Shown here: piece after piece, positions 27,860 to 39,541 of the stretch
Layout: each line of letters starts with the position of its first letter
How positions within the stretch are numbered: position 1 is the stretch's first letter
Origin: Desulfuromusa sp.
GTDB taxonomy: Bacteria; Desulfobacterota; Desulfuromonadia; Desulfuromonadales; Geopsychrobacteraceae
Direction of reading: 5' to 3'
Assembly: GCA_036351455.1 (NCBI GenBank)
Contig: JAZBPC010000077.1
Location: 1,387-65,386 of the forward strand
DNA length: 64,000 nucleotides
Translations under genes and position numbers: made by a program
The notes under the pieces: generated by a model
Told to the model about the DNA's origin: nothing
The model's database searches: none
The model's input: only the letters and a program-made list of their open reading frames with translations

Positions 27860-28813
27860 GTGGGATACTATGCTCCGTTTCCTACAGAGCTGCAACAAGT
27901 AGAATATGTGAAATTGTATTTTCACTTGGAAAACAGCAATTATTTCGATCTGCCGGTTCTTGGTTTGTTGCAGCTACGGCGTGAATTGTTACAGGCACTT
28001 AAAAGCCTCACCGCTCAGGTCGAGTGTGATTGTGCTGCTGAATTGACGCAAATGTTACAGCCGGACCTTCCCGATGATCCTGTCTTGTTGCGGCAGATTC
28101 AACGACCAACGCCACCTCTGATCATTTCACCAGATATTTCTCAATATGGGTTAATTGAACCAAAACAACGGATTATTCTTCCCGTACTTTTTGTCGGTTC
28201 TGGAATCAATGCTATTGATCCATTTATATCTCTGTTGCAGCATTTAGGAGCTCAAGGACTCTACCATGGTTCAGGACAGTTTGTTTTGGAGGGGGTTGAA
28301 GCTGAAGATGGCAGTGGGGTGAGATCAATGCTCTGGAGCGCTGGTCAACAGAGCAGCAGGTTGAGTCCTCCCATTTGCCGTTTATCCTGGTGGCTGGAGC
28401 GACAGCCCTCTCTTGGAAAATCTGTCCAGGTAGAAATTATCACACCCCTGCGGTTGCTGCATCAGGGGAAACCTCTCTTTAAAGCCGAATTCGCACATAT
28501 CTTCCCTTTTCTCCTGCGCCGGGTTACTGCGTTATTGGCTGGGCATGCTGAGGTTGAACTGAATCTCGATCCTGTGTATTTGATTTCCATCTCAAGACAG
28601 GTAGAATTATATGAAAATCACCTGTGCTGGAAAGACTGGCGTGCTCTGAAAAGAAATTCTGGTGATCAAAACCTAGGGGGTCTGATAGGACGTTTATGCC
28701 TTGAAGGAGAGGCGTTGACAGAACTTCTTTGGGTTTTACAACTTGGCAGTCTTTTCAATTTCGGCAAGGGATCTACCTACGGGGCTGGACAATATCGATT
28801 GAATTATAGTTGA
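27860..28813 (+). CDS. Stand-alone Cas6-like RAMP protein (diverged)
   Basis: ITPLRL, LLRRV, WKDW...LGGLIG, and a C-terminal G-rich loop LGSLFNFGKGSTYGAGQY (28763-28789), all characteristic of Cas6. GGAGGT RBS before the GTG start. Confidence 0.75.
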   Translation: MGYYAPFPTELQQVEYVKLYFHLENSNYFDLPVLGLLQLRRELLQALKSLTAQVECDCAAELTQMLQPDLPDDPVLLRQIQRPTPPLIISPDISQYGLIEPKQRIILPVLFVGSGINAIDPFISLLQHLGAQGLYHGSGQFVLEGVEAEDGSGVRSMLWSAGQQSSRLSPPICRLSWWLERQPSLGKSVQVEIITPLRLLHQGKPLFKAEFAHIFPFLLRRVTALLAGHAEVELNLDPVYLISISRQVELYENHLCWKDWRALKRNSGDQNLGGLIGRLCLEGEALTELLWVLQLGSLFNFGKGSTYGAGQYRLNYS

Positions 28814-28863
28814 ATGGCAATTTTCAGTCTTGAGTGGATTTAGCTTTAAAGTGGGGACATTGT

Positions 28864-29160
28864 ATGACAGATGCTTGGGATGACCGAAAAAAAGCTCTTG
28901 AAAATGAATACTTCCATAAAAAAGAGCGGGAAGCTTTGGCAAAAATGAAACAGGCCGAAATTGAAGCTGCCAGTTTAGGGCATTGTCCTAAATGTGGCAA
29001 AGTTATTGAGCCGATAACTTTTCATGGTGTCCCTCTCGATCAGTGCCCCGACTGTGGTGGTGTCTGGCTTGGGCCAAATGATCTGAAAATTCTGGCGGCA
29101 AAGGATCACCGTACCTGGTTTGAACGCTGGTTCAATCGGGATGATGAAAACTCAAATTAA
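28864..29160 (+). CDS. zf-TFIIB-type zinc-ribbon protein with a charged N-terminal helix
   Basis: CPKC...LDQCPDCGGVWL zinc ribbon. Start moved to ATG 28864. Confidence 0.8.
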   Translation: MTDAWDDRKKALENEYFHKKEREALAKMKQAEIEAASLGHCPKCGKVIEPITFHGVPLDQCPDCGGVWLGPNDLKILAAKDHRTWFERWFNRDDENSN

Positions 29161-29173
29161 TCTGGAGGTTTAA

Positions 29174-29578
29174 ATGTTCTGGTTTATTGTTCTGTTATTG
29201 GTTGTGGGCGCAGGTTTCTATTTTTATCAGAAAATGATGGCTATAGAGCGAGAAATTCGTGCTGAACAAGTAGCGGCGAATGAACATGTTTCTCCAGTGC
29301 AAGAATCAGAACCAGAAAATTCTGCTGTTGATGCTGTGAATCCAACAGTGCCTGATAGAAAAAGTAGTCCCGCCGCTGCAGTTCAAGGGCGGACTGCCAT
29401 TGAAGAAGCTGTTATTTCTGCCGTGGCTGAAAAGCCGGGCATCAAACAGACCGACCTCTATCTTCTTTTTACGGACACAAGCAAAAAACAACTTCAGAAG
29501 CTCATTAAAAATATGTCGGATAATGGCGTATTGAGACGGGAAAAACAGGGGAGCAGTTATTCGCTTTATTGTGTTTGA
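29174..29578 (+). CDS. Hypothetical single-TM protein with a C-terminal winged-helix-like domain
   Basis: N-terminal TM FWFIVLLLVVGAGFYFY, a low-complexity linker, then PGIKQTDLY...KQLQKLIKNMSDNGVLRREKQGSSYSLY. Confidence 0.65.
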   Translation: MFWFIVLLLVVGAGFYFYQKMMAIEREIRAEQVAANEHVSPVQESEPENSAVDAVNPTVPDRKSSPAAAVQGRTAIEEAVISAVAEKPGIKQTDLYLLFTDTSKKQLQKLIKNMSDNGVLRREKQGSSYSLYCV

Positions 29579-29622
29579 TCGACCTGGGGACGGAATTAAA
29601 TTCCATCCCCAGGCTCTCTTTT

Positions 29623-30924
<1,302 letters not shown>

Positions 30925-31128
30925 TCAGCTGTGAAAAGTTACCGTTCCCTTTTAAAGAGAGCAGTTGATTTTAATATACATAGATATTTATAGCACAAGA
31001 TTTGTTTTAATAAAGACATTTTATGGTATTTTCTGGCAGCTAAATTTGGGCGTGGCTTGTTTGATTTGATCAAATTGTGCTAAGAAGACCTTAAGATTGT
31101 TTATATTCATTCAAAGGAGAGAAATTAA

Positions 31129-32568
31129 GTGACAACTTTTTCTGATTTTAAAGTTAAAGACTTAACTGCAGCTGAATGGGGACGTAAAGAAATTTTGCTT
31201 GCTCAGGAAGAAATGCCAGGATTGATGGCTCTGCGTGAAGAATATGAAGGCCAATATCCACTTGAAGGTGCACGGATTTCTGGTTCACTGCATATGACAA
31301 TTCAGACAGCTGTCTTGATCGAAACTCTAGTGGAGTTGGGAGCACAGGTTCGTTGGTGCTCTTGTAACATTTTTTCCACTCAAGACCATGCAGCAGCAGC
31401 AGTGGCTGTCGGCCCAAAGGGATCTGTTGTGAATCCTCAGGGAGTACCAGTTTATGCGTGGAAAGGGGAGTCACTTGAAGAGTACTGGTGGTGTACGGAG
31501 CAAGCATTAACCTGGCCTGATGGTGAATTCCCAAATATGATTCTTGATGATGGTGGTGATGCAACCATGTTTGTTCTCAAGGGCAATGAATGGGAAAAAG
31601 GCAGTGTTCCTGAGCTTTCTGAGGATGATCCCGAGGATTGGAGTGAGTTGGTAAAAGCGTTGGGTAAATCTATTGCTAAGAATCCTGGAAGATGGGTTCA
31701 GACTGCTGTTTCGATCAAGGGGGTCACTGAAGAGACAACGACTGGAGTGCACCGCCTTTATCAAATGGCGGCAGATGGTAGCTTGCTGTTCCCCGCAATG
31801 AATGTTAACGATGCTGTAACCAAATCAAAGTTTGATAATGTTTATGGCTGTCGCCACTCTCTGGTTGATGGCATTATGCGTGCTACTGATGTGATGATTT
31901 CCGGAAAAGTTGCTGTGGTTTGTGGCTATGGTGATGTTGGTAAGGGTTGCTGTCAATCTCTACGCGGGCAAGGCGCCAGAGTGATCGTCACGGAAATTGA
32001 TCCGATATGTGCTTTACAGGCGCTGATGGAAGGTTATGAAGTCAAACGGGTTGAAGATGTGCTCGATTATGCCGACATCTATGTCACAACAACCGGCAAT
32101 AAAAATGTCATCACCCTTGAGCATATGCGGCAGATGAAAAACAATGCCATTGTTGGTAATATTGGTCACTTCGACAATGAAATAGAGATGATTGCTGTTG
32201 AAAGAGATGCTTCTGTCACCAGAGAAAATATCAAACCACAGGTTGATCGATGGATCTTTGAAGATGGCCATGGGGTTATCGTTCTAGCCGAAGGGCGCTT
32301 GCTGAACCTCGGTTGTGCAACAGGTCATCCAAGCTTTGTCATGTCTAACTCATTTACCAATCAGGTCATGGCGCAAATTGAGTTGTTCAGCCATTCGGAT
32401 AATTATGAAAACAAAGTCTATGTTTTACCGAAACTTCTTGATGAAAAAGTGGCAAGGTTACATCTGGACAAGTTGGGGGCCAAATTGACGGTCCTGACAG
32501 AGGAACAATCTAAATATCTGGGCGTGCCGACATCGGGACCATTTAAGCCGGACACCTATCGCTACTGA
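31129..32568 (+). CDS. ahcY: Adenosylhomocysteinase
   Basis: [47 protein letters not shown]. Confidence 0.97.
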   Translation: MTTFSDFKVKDLTAAEWGRKEILLAQEEMPGLMALREEYEGQYPLEGARISGSLHMTIQTAVLIETLVELGAQVRWCSCNIFSTQDHAAAAVAVGPKGSVVNPQGVPVYAWKGESLEEYWWCTEQALTWPDGEFPNMILDDGGDATMFVLKGNEWEKGSVPELSEDDPEDWSELVKALGKSIAKNPGRWVQTAVSIKGVTEETTTGVHRLYQMAADGSLLFPAMNVNDAVTKSKFDNVYGCRHSLVDGIMRATDVMISGKVAVVCGYGDVGKGCCQSLRGQGARVIVTEIDPICALQALMEGYEVKRVEDVLDYADIYVTTTGNKNVITLEHMRQMKNNAIVGNIGHFDNEIEMIAVERDASVTRENIKPQVDRWIFEDGHGVIVLAEGRLLNLGCATGHPSFVMSNSFTNQVMAQIELFSHSDNYENKVYVLPKLLDEKVARLHLDKLGAKLTVLTEEQSKYLGVPTSGPFKPDTYRY

Positions 32569-32653
32569 AATTTTGCAATACTTTGCAATACAATAAAATC
32601 CAAAAAAACAAAAAATCCTTGGCACTGGTCGGGGATTTTTTGTTTGTAGATGA

Positions 32654-33736
32654 CTACTCTTTGACATTCAGGAGTAGCCATATTCCTGTTAACAAAAAGA
32701 TGAAATTAGCGGTCCAGGCAGCAAATACTGGCGGAAGGGCGTTTGAGTAACCGAAAGCGGTGACTAGCGATTGAATAATAAAGTAGGCAACACCAATCCC
32801 CAAGCTAAGCCCGATACCGAGGGCAATATTGCTGTTTCGGCCTCTTTGAAGCGCAAAAGGAATTCCTAAAAAACCCATAATCAGGCAGGTGAATGGAGCG
32901 GCAATCCGATTGTGCATATCAACCCGTTGACGCGTTGAATCGTAGCCCTCTTGTTCCAGTTTTTGGGCTGCGGCTAAAAGTTGTCGGAAATTTAACTCAT
33001 TGTTTATGTCTTCATTGCCGGAAAAATCTTCGGGTGAACGATCGAGATTCAAAACGACATTTTTAAGCTTATTTACCTTCAGCATGTCGCCTGAAAGTGG
33101 ATCGAAAAGTCTTTCCACCAAATTGTTCGCCAGCCATATCCCATTCTCAAAAATTGCGAGGGGGATGTCTTCCCTTTTTGTGATTTTCTGCTTTTCGTCA
33201 AAGGTAAAGATGACAATACCTTGCAGGCGTTTTTTATGTGGTTGTGCAATGGCGATATTGATGATTTTATCATTGCTGCGATACCAGATTTCATTCCGGG
33301 TTAGCTGAACTTGAGGCTTACCCTTAGGCTTGAATTCTAAAAGTGTGTTCAGCTGTTTGGTATTCCAGGGAATGACAAATTCATTCAATAATAGAAGTAG
33401 AAATGAAAGAAGCAGAGCCAGGGACATTAACGGTTGCACGATCCGCCAAAGGCTGATGCCACAAGATCGCATAGCGGTAATTTCGTTGGTTCGACTGAGC
33501 CCTCCAAGAGTCAGAACCATGGTTGTCAGAATTGCCAGTGGCAGAATTTGAACAAAGATGACAGGAACGCTATTGGAGAGATAAATCAAATAGTTTCCAA
33601 TTGTCGCTTGGTGATCAATAAAGTCATCGACCTTTTCAAAAAAATCAATCAACAGGTAAATGCCAATAAAGGCAGAAGTACAAAGAATCAGAATACGGAG
33701 GAAGTGTTTCAATAGAAAACGGTTGAAAATTTTCAT
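32654..33736 (-). CDS. lptG: LPS export ABC transporter permease LptG
   Basis: LSRTNEITAMRSCGISLWRI, multiple TM helices, overlaps lptF by 4 bp. Confidence 0.88.
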   Translation of the reverse strand: MKIFNRFLLKHFLRILILCTSAFIGIYLLIDFFEKVDDFIDHQATIGNYLIYLSNSVPVIFVQILPLAILTTMVLTLGGLSRTNEITAMRSCGISLWRIVQPLMSLALLLSFLLLLLNEFVIPWNTKQLNTLLEFKPKGKPQVQLTRNEIWYRSNDKIINIAIAQPHKKRLQGIVIFTFDEKQKITKREDIPLAIFENGIWLANNLVERLFDPLSGDMLKVNKLKNVVLNLDRSPEDFSGNEDINNELNFRQLLAAAQKLEQEGYDSTRQRVDMHNRIAAPFTCLIMGFLGIPFALQRGRNSNIALGIGLSLGIGVAYFIIQSLVTAFGYSNALPPVFAAWTANFIFLLTGIWLLLNVKE

Positions 33737-34923
33737 GAATCGTCTCTAGGTTTATCGGAGCGTGATAGCAACTGCTTCAGAATTCTCTGGGGTATGCGCA
33801 AAAGTTGAAGCGGTTTTTCAATAGCAGTACAGTGCAGAAACCAAGCTCCTCCAAGAAGAAAACAGAAGTTTGGCAGCCAGAGAATGATTGCTGCTGGTAA
33901 TATCCCTTTATCTGCAATGGTAACAGCGAAGCTTAATAATACGTAGTAGATAAGAAAAACTACCAACGCCAGTGCGAAACCGGCACCTTTGCCTGAACGT
34001 TGAGATTGTAATCCGAGAGGAACACCCACAAGAATAAGGACGAGCGGAGCCAGTGCAATGGCGATGCGAGAATGTTTTTCTGTCTGATAATAAAATCGGG
34101 ATTTGTCGTCAGTTGCTTTGTCAATTGCAGTTTTTAACTCCGACCAGGACAATTCCCCTCGTGAGCGGCGACGCTGATTGTTGCTGTTTAACTGATCTCC
34201 AATAGCAAGATTTATATCATAATTGGTGAAACTGATAATCTGGTAGGTTGACTTTTTTTCTTTGGGAGGGCGGCGGTGAATACTCCCCTGACTTAGCCTG
34301 AGAGTCAGGCTGTATTGATTGGGATCAGAAATAAAACGACCTTGCTGGGCGATAATAACTGCAGGTGTTTCTCCTTCACGTTCATCGGAGATGAAGACGT
34401 CTTGCATAATTCCGCGGTTTTCATCCATGCCACGGGCATAGAGAACAATTCCTTTAAAATCGTCATTAAATATTCCCGGTTTGACACTGATGCTGGCACT
34501 GCTGGATGCTATCTGAAACAGTTTGCTGCGGAAGGCCGTTTTGCTGGCGGGTTCTATACTGATAGTGATCCATGCTGTCAGTAGGCTAAACAAAACTGCC
34601 AAAAAGAAAACTGGCTTTACCAAATTGTACAAACTGACACCCGATGCTTTCAGAGCAATAAATTCACTGTCTGCAGAAAAACGCCCAAATGCCAGAAGGA
34701 TACCCAATAAAAAGGAGAGGGGGATGGTGACGCTCAAAAAAGTTGGTAGCAAAAAGCTGAAAAGCTGGAAAATTTCTGCAGCTGGAACTTCCTTGTTAAT
34801 AACAAGTTCAGCCACTCGAGGAATTTTCCCCATCAGAAGAACAAAAGTGAAAATCAGTAAGCTTAAAAAAACAGGGATACTGATTTCCTTGATGATATAT
34901 TTATGGATACGGAGATTCGACAT
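33733..34923 (-). CDS. lptF: LPS export ABC transporter permease LptF
   Basis: GRFSADSEFIALKASGVSL, IKPGIFN, multiple TM helices. Confidence 0.88.
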   Translation of the reverse strand: MSNLRIHKYIIKEISIPVFLSLLIFTFVLLMGKIPRVAELVINKEVPAAEIFQLFSFLLPTFLSVTIPLSFLLGILLAFGRFSADSEFIALKASGVSLYNLVKPVFFLAVLFSLLTAWITISIEPASKTAFRSKLFQIASSSASISVKPGIFNDDFKGIVLYARGMDENRGIMQDVFISDEREGETPAVIIAQQGRFISDPNQYSLTLRLSQGSIHRRPPKEKKSTYQIISFTNYDINLAIGDQLNSNNQRRRSRGELSWSELKTAIDKATDDKSRFYYQTEKHSRIAIALAPLVLILVGVPLGLQSQRSGKGAGFALALVVFLIYYVLLSFAVTIADKGILPAAIILWLPNFCFLLGGAWFLHCTAIEKPLQLLRIPQRILKQLLSRSDKPRDDS

Positions 34924-35149
34924 GGTGGCGCATGTTAGTACGATGGCTTGATCCTGTAAACTATCTTTAGCGATTATTCAGCATTACAGCTGGCAACACT
35001 AGAGGCGGCTGTTAAGCGAAAGAGATTCCCAGTAGTCTCCTTCCTTGTTGGTGAAAAATGATTGTATTCCAGCGAGTTGATAGTTTTTTGAAAGTACTTT
35101 TTCACTTGCCTGTTTTAGTTGAGAAGTGGTATATGTCCGCAGTTAACCA

Positions 35150-35236
35150 ATTCACACGCTTCAGGATTTGGACAGGATGGTTCTCCTTCACTGATTGAGA
35201 CCTGCCAAAGATGATTGGAGCGGAGGAACTAAACCA
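35150..35236 (+). promoter_or_regulatory. rpsB 5' leader (S2 autogenous operator, t44-like)
   Basis: TCACACGC at the 5' end and GGAGG...AAACC at the 3' end, upstream of rpsB. Extended -10-like TGGTATATG at 35127-35135. Confidence 0.6.
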
Positions 35237-35254
35237 GTAACTGAGGAGCAAAAA

Positions 35255-36079
35255 ATGGCACAAATTACCATGAAACAAATGCTTGAAGCTGGCGTACACT
35301 TTGGTCATCAGACCAAGCGCTGGAATCCGAAAATGAAACCATACATCTTTGGTGCACGCAATGGTATCTATATCGTTGATCTGCAAAAAACTGTTCGCTG
35401 TTTCAAAACGGCCTATCAGTTTGTCCAGGATACGGTAGCTAACGGAGATAAAGTTCTTTTTGTTGGCACCAAGAAGCAGGCTCAGGATGCTATCAAAGAA
35501 GAATCTCTGGGAGCAGATCAATATTTTGTTAATAACCGTTGGTTGGGGGGGATGTTGACCAACTTTACAACCATTAAGGCCAGTATTGATCGTTTGAAGA
35601 AAATTGAAGCAATGGTGACTGATGGTACGATGGAACAGTACACCAAAAAAGAAGCATTAGAGCTTGAGCGTCAGCGCGAAAAACTGGAAAAAAACCTTGG
35701 TGGAATCAAACATATGACCAAGCTTCCAGGCGCCATATTTATTATTGATCCAAAAAAAGAAGCCATTGCGGTTCAAGAAGCAAATAAACTTGGAATCCCA
35801 GTCGTTGCCGTTGTTGACACTAATTGTGATCCTGACAATATCGATTATGTTATTCCCGGCAACGATGATGCTATCCGTGCGATTCGTTTATTTGCCTCAA
35901 AAATGGCGGAAGCTTGTGTTGAAGGCGAGCAACGGCGTAAGGAAAAGAAGCAGACTGCAGCAGAAGGCAAGGATGAGCCCGCAGTAGAAGTTGTCTCAGC
36001 TCCTGCCCCTGAGAAGGAAGCAGTTCCTGAAGCTGCAGTCCCTGAAGCTGCAGCTGCGGAAAAACCAGTAGCGGAATAA
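35255..36079 (+). CDS. rpsB: 30S ribosomal protein S2
   Basis: [42 protein letters not shown]. Start moved to 35255. Confidence 0.98.
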   Translation: MAQITMKQMLEAGVHFGHQTKRWNPKMKPYIFGARNGIYIVDLQKTVRCFKTAYQFVQDTVANGDKVLFVGTKKQAQDAIKEESLGADQYFVNNRWLGGMLTNFTTIKASIDRLKKIEAMVTDGTMEQYTKKEALELERQREKLEKNLGGIKHMTKLPGAIFIIDPKKEAIAVQEANKLGIPVVAVVDTNCDPDNIDYVIPGNDDAIRAIRLFASKMAEACVEGEQRRKEKKQTAAEGKDEPAVEVVSAPAPEKEAVPEAAVPEAAAAEKPVAE

Positions 36080-36198
36080 AACAACATGGTTTAAAACTAT
36101 ATGCACAGGCCTGCGGCCGGGCTTAGGTCCGGCCTTTGGTTTAACTGGGAAGAGTCGTGGGGAAAGTTGCCCACCTATCAAAATATGGAGGAATGATC

Positions 36199-37110
36199 GT
36201 GAGTATTACAGCAGCAATGGTCTCCGAGTTACGTAAAAAAACCGGAGCAGGAATGATGGATTGTAAAAAAGCTTTGACTGAAACTGGTGGCAATATGGAT
36301 GAAGCTGTTGATTTCCTGCGCAAAAAAGGTCTCTCGGCTGCCGCAAAGAAATCTGGACGGGTTGCTTCTGAGGGGGCAGTTGTCGCAGCATCTAAAGGCT
36401 CTGTTGGTGCTATAGTTGAAGTTAATGCCGAGACCGATTTTGTCGCTAAAAATGAGGCTTTCAAGGCTTTTGTTAAAGATGTTTGTGATATTGTCCTCGC
36501 TGAGGATGTTGCCGATGTTGAGGCTCTTAAAAATTCTGACTACCCAGGCACCGATCGCACTGTTGCCGCAGAATTGACCCACCAGATTGCGACAATTGGC
36601 GAAAATATGGGGATTCGTCGATTGGCCCGAGTTGATGCCGGCCAAGGGTTTGTCACGTCTTATATTCATGGTGCAGGAAAAATTGGCGTGCTGGTGGAAC
36701 TACAAACAGGATCAACCGATGCAAAGGTGGCTGAATTGGGAAAACAGCTAGCTATGCACGTTGCTGCCGCTGCCCCACAATATTTGGATCGTGACAGTGT
36801 ACCTGCAGATATTGTTGAAAAAGAAAAAGAAATTATGCGGGTAAAAGCTCTCGAGAGTGGCAAACCAGAGAATATCGTTGAAAAAATCATTCTTGGTCAG
36901 ATCAATAAATATTTTGGCGAAGTTTGTCTCATGGAGCAGGCCTTTGTTATTGATCCTGACCAAAAGGTTGGCAAACTTGTTTCCGCTCTGGGCAAGGAAC
37001 TTGGTACAGATATCAAGTTGAACAGTTATGTGCGCTATCAACTTGGCGAAGGCATTGAAAAGAAAGAGGATGATTTTGCTGCAGAAGTTGCGGCAATGAG
37101 CAAACAATAA
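36199..37110 (+). CDS. tsf: Elongation factor Ts
   Basis: [39 protein letters not shown] start 36199 after GGAGG. Confidence 0.97.
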   Translation: MSITAAMVSELRKKTGAGMMDCKKALTETGGNMDEAVDFLRKKGLSAAAKKSGRVASEGAVVAASKGSVGAIVEVNAETDFVAKNEAFKAFVKDVCDIVLAEDVADVEALKNSDYPGTDRTVAAELTHQIATIGENMGIRRLARVDAGQGFVTSYIHGAGKIGVLVELQTGSTDAKVAELGKQLAMHVAAAAPQYLDRDSVPADIVEKEKEIMRVKALESGKPENIVEKIILGQINKYFGEVCLMEQAFVIDPDQKVGKLVSALGKELGTDIKLNSYVRYQLGEGIEKKEDDFAAEVAAMSKQ

Positions 37111-37138
37111 TTCACACTTCAGATTTTCAGGAGCTATT

Positions 37139-37870
37139 GTGGCTACGATTAAATATCGAAGAATTTTATTGAAGCTTAGTGGCGAAGCCCTGGCAGGTGA
37201 GCAGGGTTACGGTATCGACCCTGATGTTATTAGCGGGATTGCTGCTGAAATCAAAGAAGTCATTGATCTTGGTGTTGAGGTTGCCGTTGTTATTGGTGGT
37301 GGTAATATTTTCCGCGGTTTAGCGGCGTCCTCCAAGGGGATGGATCGTGCCAGCGCTGATTATATGGGGATGCTGGCAACAGTCATGAACAGTCTTGCAA
37401 TGCAAGATGCTTTGGAAAAACAGGGCGTTGTCACCCGGGTTCAGTCTGCAATTGATATGCAACAAATTGCCGAGCCGTATATCCGCCGCCGAGCAGTTCG
37501 TCACCTGGAAAAAGGTCGTGTTGTTATTTTTAGTGCGGGCACTGGTAACCCATATTTTACAACTGATACGGCAGCCAGTTTGCGAGCTATGGAAATCAAT
37601 GCCGAGGTTATTCTTAAGGCAACTAAAGTCGATGGCATCTACTCGGCAGATCCAAAGAAAGACAAGAGTGCTGTTAAGTTGCCAACATTGACTTATCTGG
37701 AAGTTTTGCAGAAAGGGTTGCAGGTTATGGATGCTACTGCAACCTCATTATGCATGGATAACAATCTCCCGATGATTATTTTTGACATGACTCATCGAGA
37801 TAATATTAAAAAAGTTGTGCTTGGCGAAAAAATCGGAACAATTGTCCAGGGAGGTGAAGGCAATGGTTAA
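37139..37870 (+). CDS. pyrH: UMP kinase
   Basis: [32 protein letters not shown]. Confidence 0.97.
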   Translation: MATIKYRRILLKLSGEALAGEQGYGIDPDVISGIAAEIKEVIDLGVEVAVVIGGGNIFRGLAASSKGMDRASADYMGMLATVMNSLAMQDALEKQGVVTRVQSAIDMQQIAEPYIRRRAVRHLEKGRVVIFSAGTGNPYFTTDTAASLRAMEINAEVILKATKVDGIYSADPKKDKSAVKLPTLTYLEVLQKGLQVMDATATSLCMDNNLPMIIFDMTHRDNIKKVVLGEKIGTIVQGGEGNG

Positions 37871-38420
37871 AGAGGTTTTGAGTGAAGCTCGTACCGCTAT
37901 GGATAAGGCGGTTAAGTCTTTAAAAAAAGACATGACTAAAGTTCGCACCGGCCGGGCGAGTATTTCTTTGCTGGATGACGTCAAGGTTGAGTATTACGGA
38001 GTCCCGACTCCGCTCAGTCAGGTCGCCACTCTTTCTGTTCCCGAAGCACGTTTGATTACAGTTCAGCCATGGGAAAAGAATCTCATTCCTGACATTGAAA
38101 AAGCAATCTTTAAGGCTGATCTTGGTTTGACTCCTTCATCTGATGGGGTTTTGATCCGTCTACCGGTTCCGGCATTGACCGAAGATAGACGTCGGGAAAT
38201 GGTGAAAATTGTCAAGCGGATGTCAGAAGATGCCAAAATTTCGGTGCGTAATGCTCGCCGTGATGCCAATGAAAACCTGAAAATGCTGGAAAAAGAGAAA
38301 GAAATAACTGAAGACGACCTAAAACGTAGTGAAAAAGATGTCCAGCAGGTCACGGATGAATTTGTCGGAACCATTGACTCCATAGTGCAGAATAAAGAAC
38401 AGGAAATTATGGAGATTTGA
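37863..38420 (+). CDS. frr: Ribosome recycling factor
   Basis: [33 protein letters not shown]. Start moved to 37863. Confidence 0.97.
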   Translation: MVKEVLSEARTAMDKAVKSLKKDMTKVRTGRASISLLDDVKVEYYGVPTPLSQVATLSVPEARLITVQPWEKNLIPDIEKAIFKADLGLTPSSDGVLIRLPVPALTEDRRREMVKIVKRMSEDAKISVRNARRDANENLKMLEKEKEITEDDLKRSEKDVQQVTDEFVGTIDSIVQNKEQEIMEI

Positions 38421-38456
38421 TCTGCAAATCAGCCTTTTTAGTAAGAGGAGAGATTG

Positions 38457-38621
38457 ATGGCTCTAAGAATCAATGAAGAGTGCATTGGCTGCGGTACTTG
38501 TGTTGAGGCATGTCCTCTGAGCGCAATTGTCGAATCAGGAGATATTTATATGATTACCGATGAATGTACTGAATGCCGTGCCTGTGTAGATAGTTGTCCG
38601 GTTAATGCTATCGTTGACTAG
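38457..38621 (+). CDS. 2x[4Fe-4S] ferredoxin, 54 aa (below the ORF-track cutoff)
   Basis: MALRINEECIGCGTCVEACPLSAIVESGDIYMITDECTECRACVDSCPVNAIVD*: two CxxCxxCxxxCP motifs. AGAGGAG RBS. Confidence 0.92.
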   Translation: MALRINEECIGCGTCVEACPLSAIVESGDIYMITDECTECRACVDSCPVNAIVD

Positions 38622-38642
38622 TTGAAGATATTCTGATTTGTG

Positions 38643-38673
38643 AAAAAGGGCGTTTTAGAAACGCCCTTTTTTT
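38643..38673 (+). terminator. Intrinsic terminator after the ferredoxin gene
   Basis: AAAAAGGGCGTTT-TAG-AAACGCCCTTTTTTT. Confidence 0.85.
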
Positions 38674-38792
38674 ATTCTGACGCAACAATATAAGAGAGCA
38701 AATTGTTGCTGTTCTGATATCAGTCGTGTTATTTTTCTAATCTTGCTCCTGGTGAGTATAGATTCTTAACCTGTTTTTTGGGGATGTAGAAA

Positions 38793-39530
38793 TTGACTGC
38801 AACAACGAAAGTTCCCATCCTTGATCACCTTGCCATTATTATGGATGGAAATGGCCGTTGGGCTCAGCAACGTGGCTTACCAAGAGTTGCAGGGCATCAA
38901 CAGGGTGTTGAGACGGTTGTTCAGATTGTCGATGAATGTGTTTCGCAGGGGATCCGTTTCCTTAGCTTGTTTGCGTTCAGTTCAGAAAATTGGGGGCGTC
39001 CTCGCGAAGAAATTGACGCATTGATGGGACTTTTGCTGCAATTTTTAGCCTCGCAGCGGCAGCGAATGTTAAATGATGGTGTTTGTTTACGGGTTATAGG
39101 AGACCTTTCTCGTCTGTCTGAACCCATACAATCTGCATTGGCTGATGCTGAAAAGGCAACTTCGCATGGGCAGGAATTAACTTTGGTTTTGGCCTTGTCA
39201 TACGGTGGGCGGGATGAGATCATGCGGGCGGCCAGGCAGGTCGCTCAGAGTGCGCTAGCTGGTGATTTGGATATTGGTAAACTCGATAACAAATCCTTCT
39301 CCAGATTTCTGGACACAGGAGATATCCCTGAACCAGATTTATTGATTCGCACTAGCGGTGAAGTAAGAATCAGTAACTTTCTGCTATGGCAAGCCGCTTA
39401 TGCCGAATTTTATTTTACAGATGTCCTTTGGCCTGATTTTGATGCCGCTGAATTGCGTAAAGCCTTGGATGAGTATCGACAACGTAAACGCCGATTTGGA
39501 CTTACAGATGATCAGCTTGAAATGCAATAA
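38793..39530 (+). CDS. uppS: Undecaprenyl diphosphate synthase
   Basis: HLAIIMDGNGRWA, FAFSSENWGRP, LALSYGGR, IRTSGEVRISNFLLWQ. Confidence 0.96.
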   Translation: MTATTKVPILDHLAIIMDGNGRWAQQRGLPRVAGHQQGVETVVQIVDECVSQGIRFLSLFAFSSENWGRPREEIDALMGLLLQFLASQRQRMLNDGVCLRVIGDLSRLSEPIQSALADAEKATSHGQELTLVLALSYGGRDEIMRAARQVAQSALAGDLDIGKLDNKSFSRFLDTGDIPEPDLLIRTSGEVRISNFLLWQAAYAEFYFTDVLWPDFDAAELRKALDEYRQRKRRFGLTDDQLEMQ

Positions 39531-39541
39531 GGAGAAAAACG

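Noticed and set aside
36019-36050. 15-nt tandem repeat (GCAGTTCCTGAAGCT / GCAGTCCCTGAAGCT) near the end of rpsB
   Set aside because: In-frame low-complexity AVPEA repeat in the variable S2 C-terminal tail; not a separate element.
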